DNA of 64,000 bases from the human T2T-CHM13v2.0 reference genome, Homo sapiens: assembly GCF_009914755.1 (NCBI RefSeq), contig NC_060946.1; one strand, written 5' to 3'. The notes under the pieces are model-generated. The model saw only the letters and a program-made list of their open reading frames with translations, was not told the DNA's origin and did not search any database. The position numbers and the translations under genes are program-made. Shown here in pieces: positions 32,582 through 52,949 of this stretch. How positions within the stretch are numbered: the stretch's first letter is position 1; each line of letters opens with the position of its first letter.

Positions 32582-33255
32582 TAATATGTGGAAATTCTAA
32601 TACCAATTACATCAGTGATAGAAATCTAAATTTTCAGTTGCCAAGAAATCTGCCTTGTTTATTCTATTTTACCTAAAAAGTGATCCTGGTTAGCAACTCT
32701 ATGAAGCCTTCATTAAAAGCCTGGCACAGTGGCTCACACCTGTAATCCCAGAACTTTCGGAGGCCAAGTTGGGCACACTGCGTGAGCTCAGGAGTTCGAG
32801 ACCTCCCACCTTGGCCTCCCAAAGTGTTGGTATTACAGGCGTGAGCTACCGCGCCCAACCATACTTTGTTATTTTAATTTTATTTTATTTATTACTTTAA
32901 AAATAGATAAAGTGTAGGCTGGGCTTGTGGTGGCTTATGCCTGTAATCCCAGCACTTTGGGAGGTCGAGGCGGGCAGATCACTTGAGGTCAGGAGTTTGA
33001 GACCAGCCTGACCAACATGGTGAAACCCCATATCTACTAAAAAATACAAAGATGAGGGCCAGGTGTGGTGGCTCACGCCTGTAATCCCAGCACTTCGGGA
33101 GGCCAAGGGGGACGCATCATGAGGTCAAGAGTTCAAGATCAGCCTGGCCAACATGGTGAAACCCTGTATCTACTAAAAAATACAAAGATGAGGGCCAGGC
33201 GCGGTAGCTCACACCTGTAATCCCGGCACTTTGGGAGGCCAAGGGGGACGCATCA

Positions 33256-33498
<243 letters not shown>

Positions 33499-33502
33499 TT
33501 AG

Positions 33503-33724
<222 letters not shown>

Positions 33725-35920
33725 TGAGCAGCTGGGATTACAGGCATGCACCACCATGCCTGGCTAATTTTTGTATTTTTAGTAGAGATAGGGTCCTGCA
33801 ATGTTGGCCAGGCTGGCCTTGAACCCCTGGCCTCTAGTGATCCACCCGCCTCAGCCATCCAAAGTGTTGGGATTATAGGCGTGAGCCACTGTGCCTGGCC
33901 TCAAAGCCCTTTTATGCTAATAAATTATAATAGTGAAAATAGTTAAATTATCATCTGTACTTTCACAAAAGATATATAACGCACTGTTCCTGTTTGTTAG
34001 GAGATTGTGGGAATTCTTTCTTCTCTTCTCTCTGATTGATAACGGTAAATCAATCAATGGCTCAGGTAGATTTCTCATCTTAAAAAACAATCTCTCTCTG
34101 GAAGAGCTCACAGCTCAGCAGAGGGGACACACAGTGGACATGCAAACTAAGAAACGCAGTAATTTCCAGAACTGGTGTTTGCTATGCTATGAGGAAGAAA
34201 AAATGTACAAATGCAGTTGTGACTGGGAGTGCTCGTTGGCTGGTCTTAAAGCTGAACCCCAACAAAGAGGCAACCCATGCCAATCAAGGCAGAGCCACAC
34301 TCCAAGCAAAACAAAAAGCAAACACAGGCAGAAAAACACCCAAGGGCAAATGTGGCTGCAGTATAGTGTAAGGCTAAGAAATCAAAAAACTAAACTCCAG
34401 TTAGAGGTGTATAAATGTCTTCTTTGCAGGCATCTACGGTCATATGCCTAAAAAAAGAATGTGGAAAAAAAAAATCACAGGGTGCAAATCATCCACAAAA
34501 CAACCACATCAGAGTTCTTTGCATAGTAAGGAAACAAGCCGTTTTTGTCTACATATGAATTGCAAATATAAGTTTATCATTTGTCTTCACTTTAAAGTAT
34601 TTTTTCAAAACAGAAATGTTCTATTTTTATGTCATCAGATTTATTAACCTTTTCCTTTTATGAGATTTGAATATGCCTAGAAGGGCTTCCTCAATTCAGG
34701 ATAATAAAAAAGGCTTTACCCATGTTTTCTTCTAGGATAATCATATTTTCATGTAAATCTTTGAACTACCTGAATTTAGCCTTGTGTAAAGAGTAAAGAA
34801 GAAATTCTACTTTGTTTTATTATTTGTTTCTAAAATGCCAGACACTTGTCCAAATTCCATTCATCAAATAACCCATTGTTACCTAGGATATGCAATGTTC
34901 TTATCCTGATTCACTGATATGTCTACGCCTATACCAGCAAAATGAAAAATCAGCATTCTACTGTTTGATGGAAATCTCAGACATTCCCACCCTTATACCT
35001 ATAACTCAATACAAAGGAAGCGACTCCTTTTCTTTTTCTTCTTATTTTTTTTAGAGTCCGGGTCTCTGTCACCCACGCTGGAGAGTGCAGTGGTGCAATC
35101 ATAGCTCACTGCAGTCTCAAACTCATAGGCTTAAGAGATCTGCCTGCCTCAGTCTCCCTAGTAGCTGGGATCACAGGCGTGCACAACCTGCCTGGCTATG
35201 CGACTCCTTTTCATTACAACATGACTCCACTCTGGGACACAGCTGAGTGCCTCTCTCTCCTAGGACTACTTTCTTGATAAATACCACTTACTCTCCTACC
35301 CTCCAGCAAAATCCTTGCCAGAAATTTTCTCAATACCATCACCCAACCCGCGGTTGGTGACTGCTTCATCTTTCCTGTTACGCTATGTTCCTTAGAGTAG
35401 TTCAAGGCTCAGTTTATATAAGCCAGCACTTCTTAAGGTATCATAACCCATGAACTCACTGCTTAGTTGTCCAAAGTTACATTTTTGTTGTTAATTTACA
35501 CTAACATTCTGGCCTAACAAAGGATGCACAACTTTAAAACAGAAAGAGCTGACTACTCATGTCACAAGTGATTTTTAATATGTAAGCAACTGATATATTT
35601 ACAATAAATGTAATCCTGTAAGAAAGTCACCAAATGTGAATCATTATGTATCAACTATTTTTATAAGTTTTTAAATTGAAATTTTGTTTTTGATGATAAA
35701 AGTAACCCATACTCATTATAAAAGTTCAGACACTTCAACACTATATCAAGTGAGAACTAAAAATCCTCAGTAATTTCACTCTCTATTTAACAATTTGCTA
35801 TGTGCTTTCCAGAACGTTTTTGGTATGTTTTTCTTTTTTTACAAAAATGATTATTATATTCCATGTTCAGTAATATTTTTCCCCCACTTTATAGTCTATT
35901 ATGAATATTTCTTCCTGTTA

Positions 35921-39086
<3,166 letters not shown>

Positions 39087-39157
39087 TTTTAAATATGCAC
39101 CTTTTGTTAACTGTCAGAGTAAGCACACTTTAAAATGATGTGAAGCATAATACATAC

Positions 39158-39241
39158 CTCAGGAGAAACGTGAGAGGCAAAAAAATCTTCCTCCTTTGGT
39201 GGAGGGGACAAAGGTGGAACCACACAACTATCAAGCCACAG
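39158..39241 (-). CDS. ARFGAP3: ARFGAP3 exon 5 ([28 protein letters not shown])
   Basis: ttgttctag|CTG ... GAG|gtatgt; 84 nt. Confidence 0.96.
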
Positions 39242-39525
39242 CTAGAACAAAAAAACAACACAGGGCTGAGCATTTCATCCGGCCTGTAAAGGATTTTATT
39301 TGATACCTTTCACTTCCCTTAGAGACCTGTTTCCTAAAGATTGGTGCTTTCCATTCTTATAAAATCAGTAACATCCCTACAGAGGACCTCTGCGTGCACT
39401 TTAGTAATCTATCATCCAGTAAATTTTGCTTCCAAACCTTGAGGAAGTCAAGGACCTCAAACACATAAACCATTTCTGAAAAGGAAAGATCAAAGACTTC
39501 ATATCTAAATGCAGGTTCCAAATGA

Positions 39526-40158
39526 TAATCAATCCTTGTTATTCATGGATTCCATATTTATGAATCTACCTACTTGCTAAAATTTACGTTTAACCCAAAA
39601 TTAGTCCTCGTGGTGTTTTCAGTCATTTGGAGAATAGTGCAGCAAAAAATGAGTTGCCCAAGAAGCACATTCTCAGCTGAGGTAGAACAAGACACACTAC
39701 TCTGCCTTCTTGTTTCAGTTCTCATAACAAATGTCCTTTCTGCAGTTTATTTTGTGCTATGTTCTTCATATTCCCATGCTTTTTATTGAGGATGTCATTT
39801 TTTAAGATGCCTCTCAAGTGCAGTACTGAAGGGCTATCTAATGTTCTGAAGCACATGAAGGCTGTGATGTGCCTCATGGAGAAAATTCAGGCATTAAATA
39901 AGCTTCATTCAGGGCTGAGTTATAGTCCTTGGCTGTGAGTTCAATATTCATGAGCCATCAATATATATTTAAAAAGGTGTCTTTAAATAGAAACACATGT
40001 TAAATAAGGTTATGTATTGATCAGTTGATGAAAATGAGACCAGAGCTTATAGGAACCTAATCCTGTATTTCTCCTAGGAGCAATGTTTTAGTATTCACTA
40101 ATCCAGTACTCATGATGAATTTACAGAACATAACTACTTCAATAGTAAGAATCTACTG
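39526..40158 (-). mobile_element. MER82-like TcMar-Tigger DNA transposon in intron 4
   Basis: About 630 bp collinear with recalled MER82 consensus (CTCAGCTGAGGTAGAACAAG, AAGGCTGTGATGTGCCT, GGAACCTAATCCTGTATTTC); ends ...CTACTG then TA. Confidence 0.75.
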
Positions 40159-40277
40159 TACACTAATTCCTTGTAAGACAACTCAGGTAGAAAAGTTTTA
40201 CTATTCAGGATAAAAATCACTTTTTCTATGAAGTGAACATGTATCTAAAGGAAACAATCCAGCCTCCAGTGACTTAC

Positions 40278-40409
40278 ATCAGTGCCATGCTTCCGTGTTG
40301 CTTGAGAGGCGAGCGATTTGATTTTCTCCCTATAGAGCTGAGCAGCACGACTGTTGTACTTGGCATTGGTGTCATTGGTGGAACACCCATGTTGATGAAA
40401 AAAGGAAGA
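40278..40409 (-). CDS. ARFGAP3: ARFGAP3 exon 4 ([44 protein letters not shown])
   Basis: tctctgtag|TCT ... GAT|gtaagt; 132 nt, phase 0-0. Confidence 0.97.
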
Positions 40410-40920
40410 CTACAGAGAAAAGCATGCACATTAATATTTTCGTAAAACTACGTATGGCCAGGCGCAGTGGCTCATGCCTGTAATCCCAGCACTCTGGGAG
40501 GCCGAGGCAGGCAGATCACGAGGTCGGGAGATCAGTACCATCCTGGCTAACACGGTGAAACCTTGCCTTTACTAAAAATACAAAAAATTAGCCAGGCGTG
40601 GTGGCGGGCGCCTGTAATCCCAGCTACTTGGGAGGCTGAGGCAGGAGAATGGCGAACCTGGGAGGCGGAGCTTGCAGTGAGCTGAGATCGTGTCACTGCA
40701 CTCCAGCCTGGGCAACAGAGCAAGACTCCATCTCAAAACAACAACAACAACAAAAACTAGCTATGAGACTTGCATTACAAAATGAAATAACTAGTCCTCA
40801 TTTGTCCATTAAACCATCTCTGTCATTGTGAACTTTATTTGGGGAAAAGCTTTCTACTCAGGACTACTTTTAATTCACGAGCAATCCATTTCTTTCTTTT
40901 TTTTTTTTTTTTTTTTTTGA

Positions 40921-41172
<252 letters not shown>

Positions 41173-43838
41173 TGAGCCACCGCTCCTGGCCCTTTTCTTT
41201 GTTTTTTGAGATGGTCTGACTCTGTCACCTAGGCTGGAGGGTAGTGTGGCATGATCATGGCTCACTGCAGCCTCCAACTCCTGGATTCAAGCAATCCTCT
41301 CACCGTGGCTTCCCAAAGTGCTGGGATTAGAAGTGTGAACCACTACACTTCGTCCACAATCAATCTCAAAATGGATTCCAGTAAATCAGAATTTTTGACA
41401 AATTAGTGAGGAGCTACATTAATGTTTACCTTGTTTAGCACTATTTTATCATTAACAGATACTACAATATAGGTAAGATGATAAAACAAGTATTTAAACA
41501 ATTAAAAGAAACTGCTTTTACCCACTTCATGAGGATCCATGTATAGACATGAATTATAGAATTCATATCTTAATTAAAACAGGTCTTCTAAAAACCTATA
41601 CGAGTGATCCTTTGATGAACCTAATTTAACTGATAATGATATTGGTCACCCACATGTTCCGGATCCTGTTGTGAGTGCTTCATGGGCATCATCTCATTCA
41701 ACCCTCATAGCAACACTATCAGACAGTCACTACTGCTGTCTACACTTTACAGATGGGGAAAATGAAGCACAGAGAGGTTCAACAACATGCCCCAAGTCAC
41801 ATGGGTAGCAAGGGACAGAGTTAGGATTCAAATACAAAAAGGATGGTTCCAAGCACAGAACTCACAGCTCCACTGGCTAAACCGAATGACCACTCATCTG
41901 AGCCTTCCCTCCCCATGTCCCCCAACCCCTGATGGCTTGAGATGAGAAAGCTCCTTTCTGGAGTTTGGAGGGTGACTCTGCAACCTTGGGAAGGCTTAGA
42001 AATAAGAACAGGTAAGTCAAACCAACAGTGCTAAGTTTAGGAACAAGTTTGTGAACATCATGATAATGGGCAAAGGTTTCTAAAAAGATGCTTGAGGCTG
42101 GGCACAGTGGCTCATGCCTGTAATCCTAGCACTTTGGGAAGCCAAAGCAGGAGGATTGCTTGAGGCCAGGAATTCGAGACCAACCTGGGAACCAAAGTGA
42201 GACCACGCCTCTACAAAAAAACAGAAAATCAATAAAAAATTAATAAGAAACACTGGCTGGGCCCGGTGGCTCATGCCTGCAATCCCAGCATTTTGGGTGG
42301 CAGAGGTAGGCAGATCACTTGAGCCTAGGAGTTCGAGACCAGCCTGGCAACATGGCAAAACCCTGTCTCTACTAAAAATGTAAAAAACTTGTTGTGCGTG
42401 GTGGTACTTGCCTGTAGTCCCAGCTACTTGGGAGGCTGAGTGAGAGAATCACCTGAGCCCAGGAAGTTGAGGCTGCAGTGAGCTATGATTTTGCCACTGC
42501 ACTCCAGCCTAGGCAATAGGAGTGAGACTCTATCTCAAAAAAAAAAAAAAAAAAACCAAAAAAAAGCCTTGAAACATCTAAGGCATACTTCTTTTTTTTT
42601 TTTTTTTTTTTTTGAGACGGTCTTGCTTGATTACCCAGGCTGGAGTGCAGTGGCACGGTGAACACTGCTCACTGTAGCGCCAACCCCCTGGATTCAAGTG
42701 ATTCTTCTGCCTCAGACTCCCAAGTGGCTAGGACTACAGGCATGCACCACTATGCCTGGCTAATTTAAAATTTTTTTTTTGTAGACTTTGTTGTCCAGGC
42801 TGGTCTTGAACTCATGGGCTCAAGTGGTCCTCCTGCCTCGGCCTCCCAAAGTTCTGGGATTACAGGTAGGAGCAACCATGCCTGGCCAGGCATATATTTT
42901 TAATTAAGAGGGGCAAAAATTGTTTCTTGAAAAGTGAAAAAAAAATCTTAGTTATTACAATGGTTTATGGCCTTCCAAAGGTCACCTCTACCTGACAAAA
43001 TTGTATTCCTTAGTATTTAATTTATCTCATTAGGGAAACATTGGATCCAATTTAAATGGAAAATTATCTAATTAATTGATTTTTATGCTTAGGGACAACG
43101 AAGAAAAAAGATTGAGAAACTAGCATTTTGGAAACTGCTATTTTAGACCTCTGACTTTAACTATTTAATTGATATATATATACACACACACATATATATA
43201 TATATATTTTTTTTTTCTTTTTTTTTTTTCTGAGACAGGGTCTTGCTCTGTCACCCAGGCTGGAGTGTAATGGCATGATCACAGCTCAGTGCAGCCTTGA
43301 ACTCCTGGGCTCAAGTGATCCTCCCACCTCAGCCTCCTGAGTAGCTGAGGCTATAGGCAGGTTCCACTATGCCTTGCTAATTTTTAAGTCTTTTGTACGA
43401 TGAGGTCTCACTATGTTGCCCAGGCTGGTCTTACACTCCTGGACTCAAGTGATCCTCTCGCCTCAGCCTCCCGAAGTGTTGGGATTCCAGGCACGAGCCA
43501 CCATGCCTGGCCATAATTTTTATTTGAAATGCATACAAATTTGATTTCTTATACTTTAGCATATAAGAAACGCCTAAAGGAATTCCATTTACTCCATCTA
43601 CACCATTTTGGCCTGATAAATAGGTTACCAGTGCTGTGCAAGATTTGGCTGGCTAGATTTGTAAGGCTGCCAGTTCAGTGTTTGAGATAATCAAATATAC
43701 TGAATTTGTAAATAAAGTTTAAAATGTTTGAAAATCCTTAATTAGGCCGGGCGCGGTGGCTCATGCCTGTAATCCCAGCACTCTGGGAGGCTGAGGCGGG
43801 CGGATCACAAGGTCAGGTGATCGAGACCATCCTAGCTA

Positions 43839-44127
<289 letters not shown>

Positions 44128-44186
44128 TTAAGGTTATTTTTTCACAGAACTTAACACACAGTATTTATGTTTGTGTTTAGAAATTA

Positions 44187-44593
<407 letters not shown>

Positions 44594-44829
44594 CTAACCA
44601 CAAAAGTCACCCCAGTTATTAAAAAACTATTATCATAAAGAAGCCTCCAGTTTCTCTGTACCCTCACTTCCTGTTTTAATTTTCTTAAAGCACTTATCAC
44701 TGCCTGTTATTTTCCTGTGAACATATTTCTTTGATTACTCTCTGACTGCCCCTGTCTATAAGAGGGGATCTTGATTATTTTTATTTATAATAAAATATCC
44801 CCTATAAGAGGGGATATTGGTTATTTTAA

Positions 44830-45114
<285 letters not shown>

Positions 45115-45296
45115 TAGGATTACAAGCATGAGCCACCGTGCCCAGCTGGGGATCTTGTTTGTCTTGTCTGTCACTATATCCCCAGCAGCTAGCCAACGCT
45201 TCCTGTTTATTAGGTGTTTAACAGATTTTTGAATAAACAAGTCAACTGGGTCTGTCCAACTCCAAAACCCATCAGGCTCTCTGCTTCTTCTCATAG

Positions 45297-45639
<343 letters not shown>

Positions 45640-45859
45640 TGACTTGTTTGTTTTTTATAAACAGAGGGTCTTGCCATGTTGCCCAGGGTGGTCTTGAACT
45701 CCTGGGCTCCAGTGATCCTCCCAAACGCCTGTAATTTCAGCCTCCCAAATGGCTGAGATTACAGGCATGAGCCACTGCACCTAGCCTGAGCTTCTTTACT
45801 ATTATAGCATAACAAATATTTAAACAAGAAGGAAAATGACGAGTTTGAGATGAACTTAC

Positions 45860-45932
45860 TGCACTAGCGTTTCCTCCGACTTGCATGCATCGCAACTGAA
45901 ACCATGACCAGTTGGAATCCAACTCTGTAGAT
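45860..45932 (-). CDS. ARFGAP3: ARFGAP3 exon 3 ([24 protein letters not shown])
   Basis: ccatttag|A ... GCA|gtaagt; 73 nt; ArfGAP LD-W...MQVGGN motif. Confidence 0.97.
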
Positions 45933-46906
45933 CTAAATGGAAAGAATATTACTAACTGTTAATATTTTTTATCCCCAGGAGCAAAATCAGTGAGCTTTTG
46001 AGAACAAGGTTTCCTTAGGCTTTAGGATCCTAAAGAATTCTAAGTTTGTGTCAACAAGGACCCACACTTTTGGGATGCTAGGACTCCAGAGTGGATGATG
46101 GTTGGCGTGAGCAACCCCTGGCTCCTCTCGTCCTTCCTGGAATGCAGGGCACAGGGACATGACAAGTGTCAGCGGGCTGCTGGAACGACACCAACTCTTT
46201 GCCTCCCATCCTTGGTTGGATATGATTTGAAATTTGGTAATGTGTCTCTACTTGAAACAGATGCACTGTTTGGATGTTTTCAGGTCGGTGATCTACTTGT
46301 CCAGTTTGATCGCTACCAGAAGCTTGGAGGATGCTCATTCTCTTATCACAAGGTAGAAGAGACCTACCCAACATCACGACCAGCAGAGAGAGGAAAAAAC
46401 ACAAGATTTCATGCTCCTGAAGTGAAAGCTACAAGCACTTCCTGCCCCTTCCACACCTTATGCCTAACTTCTCTCCACTGTAAGATCAAATCTGAAACAA
46501 GTAAAGGCAGTGAGTATAGCCTCAACAATGCACATTCCCCAAGGGGTCGACGGTAAAGCAACAATGTTAGAATCTTTATACTGAATCCACAGAAATGAGC
46601 AAAAAGCAGAGGTTGTTATTCAGTAATAGCTTGCCCTACACTAACTGTAAAGGAATGTGGATATTTTAGAATGAGTATAGGCAGAATACCTTTTACAAAA
46701 TGGGCAAGGAAGAAAGAAAAGAAAAGAAGCTTTAGGTCCACCAAAACTTTCCTTTGTGCTGCCCTTATATTTACTAATTTCTTTTTTTTTTTTTTTTGAG
46801 ACAGGGTCTCACTCCATCACCCAGGAATGGAGTGGTGTGATCACAGCTCATTGCAGCCTCAACCAGGATTGCTCAAGCAATCCTCCTGTCTCAACCTCCC
46901 AAGTAG

Positions 46907-47245
<339 letters not shown>

Positions 47246-49223
47246 TAGAGATAGGGTCTTGTTATGTTGCCCAAGATGGTCTAGAACTCCTGGGCTCAGG
47301 CAATCCTCCCACCTCAGCCTCTCAGTGTTGGGATTACAGGTGTGAGCCACCATGCCCAGTGAACCATACCTTTTTTTTTTTGAGACACAGCCTCGTTCTG
47401 TTGCCCAGGCTAGAGTGCAGTGAGGCGATCTCAGCTCATGGTAATCTCTGCCTTCTGGATTCAAGCAATTCTTGTGCCCCAGCCTCCAGAGGTAGCTGGG
47501 ATTAGAGGCGTGCGGAACCACACCTGGCTAATTTTCGTAATTTTAGTAGAGACGGGGTTTTGCCATGTTCGCCAGGCTAGTCTCGAACTCCTGGCCTCAA
47601 GCAATCCCCTCATCTCAGCCTCCCAAAGTGCATACCATTATTAATCTAGAGTTTTACTTATAGACAATCTCAGTAATTTCCCAGCCGCCCTTTGTTTATA
47701 ACTTGTTTGATTACCTCTATAAGGTCATAAAAAGCGTTGCCTTTCTACGCCAACATCATAAAAAGGTTCTCCCCAGTGTCCACCGAGCAGGAGCCCAGAT
47801 TCTGCCCTGGTCATCATCAACATGTTCTAGGGCTCACTATGTGCCAGGCTGTATGGGGCTCTCTTGCTCGCTCCTGCCAACACCCTGTACGGCAGGTCCT
47901 AGTATTCTCACCCTCACTTTCAAGAGAAGGAAAGCAAGACATTCAGAGGTAAGGAACACACCCAAGGCCAGGAAAGGACAGCTCAGATTTGCCTCCCCCC
48001 GACCCCCCAACCACATCCCCGCTCCTGCATCCTCAGCCTCGGTCCTCACCTCTTCCTGATGCTGTCTCCTGCTCTGCCCAGGCTGAGTCAGCCTCCCCAC
48101 ATGCCTCACCCCTCCAGGGCCTCAGGAGTGAACTTTTAGCTCCCAGTGTGGCAGCTAAAGCGCTCCACAATATGACACAGATCCTCTCCTTTCACCCTTA
48201 CTTCTCTTTATTTTCCTATGCATACAAAAAGTCGCTACAAAGCATTTCGCTTTTTCCTGCTTTTATATCTGAAGGTCCGAGTGCTGACCTCAATTTTCCC
48301 TCCCTTGTCTCCATTATCTTTTTTTGTTGTCGTAGAGATGAGGTCTCACTATGTTGCCCAGGTTGGTCTTAAACTCCTGGGCTCAAGCTATCCTCCCACC
48401 CCGGCCTCCCAAGTGCTGGGATTACAGGCGCAAGCCACCATGCCCGGCCTTGTCTCCATTATCAAAACCTCACCAAACCTTCCAAGTTCATTGCAAATGT
48501 TACCTCTTTTAAACTTTGCCTTATTTTCCAACCAGAAGTGGGCACAGGACTTAGTTTCCATCTCTCATGCATAACTTTGCAGTCTATCTTCTTATTTACG
48601 TTGTATTTAAGCCTGTCCCTAACCCCAGGCCAACAAGATCGATGCAGGGATCCCATTCACCTTTAATAAGCTCATGAAATACGTAACGGCAAACTTGAGA
48701 AAAAACAGAGCTAGAGGGGAGGAGCAGCCTGAAACATGGAGATCCCAGCAATGGAGGTGAAAAGGGGCAGAGGTCAGTTCAATCTGGTCCACTCTGGGAG
48801 CAGTCAGCAACCAATGCAGTTTGCCCTCTCCATATACTCTTAATCTGCCTTCCCCCCTTTGCTTGGCAAAAGCCATAACTTATAAATTATTTTTCCTCTG
48901 TAAATTTGTTGACTTGAAATTCTAGTTAAAGAAAAAAAACTCCAGTTAAATATGCACACCACCCATGCCACACAGGAAGCAGTGCATGTGTGTGTGTCTG
49001 GCAGTGGGAGGGGAAGAAGAGGGGAAAAGTATTCTAGAGGAGAGACTTTATATATTTTGGGGCTGCTTGGATTTTTTCCCAATTAGCTAGTGGTTTTTTT
49101 TGTTTCTTTTTTTGGTGGTGGTTGTTGTTGTTTTTTGAGTCAGGGTCTTTGTTCTGTCACCCAGACTGAAGTGAAGTGGTGAGATCATAGCTCACTGCAG
49201 CCTCAAACTCCCATGCTCGGCTA

Positions 49224-49604
<381 letters not shown>

Positions 49605-50491
49605 CTATGTCCGGCCCCTCAGTTTTTTTTAAGGAATAAAAATGTTTAAAGAATAGCTCTTCTCTGCCTTAAAAATAACAACAAAAACAATACTGAGTAC
49701 TTTCTCATCCTTGACTTTTTCTTGCCCAAATCCTAGACTCCTGCCCTAAGGTTGTATCATGAATTTTAATTGCTGTTTTTGAATCATTTACAAGCATTGT
49801 GACTCATACAGTTCTATTTATCTGACTTTTAAAAGGTCAGTGATTAAACCTGCAATGGCCCAAACAGATCCTGCTGTACTGCCCCTCAGGCTCTAGGTCA
49901 CTCCTTCCCTCACGGAGGAACACATCATAAAACCACCCGATTTCCTGGAATGGCTTAAACTGGAAGTATTCTTTAGCGATGAGGAAGAAGGAGAGGTTAT
50001 AATGGGCGAGACTTAGCAGAAAGAAAGAGGGAAAGAACACAGTAAAGACAGAAGGAAGAGAAGTAACTAGGTATTGCCTTGAGTCTAGTCTTCATCTGCT
50101 CTGGGCAGAGTAGGTTACCATAAGTTAACTGGTAATGATCAATCTGGAAAACAAAGTACATTAAAAACAAGCTTTAGCCGGGGTAATCCCAGCACTTTGG
50201 GAGGCCGAGGCGGGCAGATCACCTGAGGTCAGGAGTTCAAGACCAACCTGGCCAACACGGCGAAACTCTGTCTCTACTAAAAGTACAAAACTTAGATGGA
50301 CGTGGTGGCACATGCCTGTAATCCCAGCTACTTAGGAGACTGAGGGCAGGAGAATCATTTGAATCTGGGAGGCGGAAGTTGAGGTGAGCCAAGATCGTGC
50401 CACTGCACCCCAGCCTGGGTGACAAAGCAAGACTCCATCTCAAAAAAAAAAAAAAACCCAAAACAACAACAACAAAAAAAAACCCCAAGTT

Positions 50492-50668
50492 TGATTCAAT
50501 GGGGAAAAGACAGTCTTTTCAACAAATGGTGATGGAAAAACTAGGTATCCGCATACAAAAGAATGAAGTTGAACTCTTACCTGACATTGTGAACAAAAAT
50601 TAATTCAAAATGAATCAAAGACTTAAAGGTAAGACCTAAAACTATAAAACTCTTAGAAGAAAACAGAA
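50492..50668 (+). mobile_element. L1 ORF2 fragment between two Alus
   Basis: CAATGGGGAAAAGACAGTCTTTTCAACAAATGG...AAAATTAATTCAAAATGAATCAAAGACTTAAA..AAAACTATAAAACTCTTAGAAGAAAAC. Confidence 0.8.
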
Positions 50669-50736
50669 GGCAAGGCCAGGCACAGTGGCTCACGCCCGTA
50701 ATCCCAACACTTTGGGAGGACGAGGGGGGTGGATCA

Positions 50737-50986
<250 letters not shown>

Positions 50987-51757
50987 TCATAATAGATTTT
51001 ATCTTATAGAAACAAATGCTCCTTTTTAATAATCACGTTCTATCAATATTTCGATATTCCTTAAGTCATAATATAAGATTGCTTGCCACAATTCCAGATG
51101 GGCAGCCTAGCTGGTTCCTTCCCTAGAAAAGATGGAGTAGGGAAATCTCTGGAAATTGTCTGGGGGAGGCAGCAATGACTAAGCCATGGCTGTTTGAGGG
51201 TGCTCTGCACAAGTTGTCCTGGCAAGGGCCTGTGGCAGGTGACAGGCAGGCCTTGCTTAGCTTCCAAGCCCTGGGGATCTTTCCATTATTTCTTTTATTA
51301 TTTCAATTTATTTCACTTCACAAATAGTCCTGCCTCCCACTGGACTGTGGGGTTATCCCATCAGACTGTCAGTCCAAAGGTGGTGTCTTCTTCTGATGCA
51401 AAAGGCCCCATATGGGCTATTGCCATAGAGTATCAGAAGTAGAAGACGGTTTACTCACCAGAGGGGCCAATGCAGCCCAAGTCTTCAGATAAAAGGAGAA
51501 AAAAGACCTTCATGTTATAAACATTTGAAACTGCCACTAAAAATCATTCACTCAGGCTTTGTGATATTAGTGTCCTTGGAAGCCAGAGCTATAAGATTAC
51601 GGTGGAAGTGAAGCCCTGATACAAGGAGAGTGTCTCATCATTGACATAAACTCTCCACTTTGGAGGACATAGGACAGACCCACAGCACCTGATTCCCCTT
51701 CTCCCATGAGTCTGTACTTTGTACTGCCGAATTATTAGAAGATGATTGACATAAATC

Positions 51758-52075
51758 GGTTTTTCATTGCTTGTAACAGAATTCCTGAAACTGGGTAATT
51801 TATAAAGAAAAGAAGTTGATTTCTTACAGTTAAGGAGGCTGAGAAGACCAAGGTCAAGGGGCTACATCTGGTAAGAACCTTCTTACTGGTTGGACTCTGT
51901 AGAGTCCAGAGGCAGCATCGCCTAGTGAGAACGCTGAGCGTGCTAGCTCAGGTCTCTCCTCCTTTTCCTATAAAGCCGCTTACATGATAACCCATTAACC
52001 CATACCAATGAGGGCTCAATCAATTCTTAAAGGCCTCACCTTTTAATACTGTATGGCAACACTGAAAATCACATT
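51758..52075 (-). mobile_element. MaLR LTR (MST/MLT1A-like)
   Basis: CTGAAACTGGGTAATTTATAAAGAAAAGAA..TTACAGTT..GGAGGCTGAGAAG.CCAAGGTCAAGGGGC hallmark. Confidence 0.7.
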
Positions 52076-52428
52076 TCTTTCTTTCTTTTTTTTTTTTTTA
52101 AGAGACAGGGTCTTACTCTGTCGCCCAGGCTGGAATGCAGCGGCAAGATCATAGTTCACTGCAGCCTTGACTCCTGGGCTTAAGTGATCCTCCCACTTCA
52201 GCCTCCTGAGTAACTAGGACTAGAGTTATACATCATCACACCACAACATTTTTTATTTTTTGTAGAGGCTGAGTTCACTTGAGCCCAGTGAGCTATGATG
52301 GCACTCCTGCAGCCAAGGTGACAGGCGACAAGGCAAGACACTGTCTCAAAAAAAGAAAAGAAAAAAGGGAAAAAAACACCCATGTAACAATGTAATCAAT
52401 CTCACCCCAATGAGAGAAGATTCACTTA

Positions 52429-52584
<156 letters not shown>

Positions 52585-52757
52585 TTAGCCAAATAAATTA
52601 TCCTGTAAGATACAGTAAATGACTTAGCTTGAAAACTGTTTAACCTTTACAATGTAAACTTTGGGATTGTATTATTAGAAAATATCTCACCTAGGTTTTT
52701 TTAAAAGCCTCAAATTTCATGCTCTTTTATTATTATATATAATTATATTAATTATAA

Positions 52758-52949
<192 letters not shown>

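Noticed and set aside
33933-34451. 172-aa + strand ORF (also the 206-aa ORF at 55380..56000)
   Set aside because: Non-ATG start or Alu-derived end; no domain recognised
46078-46556. Overlapping 108-aa (-) and 153-aa (+) ORFs near exon 3
   Set aside because: No recognisable homology, splice structure, TSD or poly(A) tail
51000-51720. Possible ancient RTE/L4-like LINE relic (LYG..IWG-like reading on -)
   Set aside because: Similarity too weak to support by eye; needs a Dfam nhmmer search
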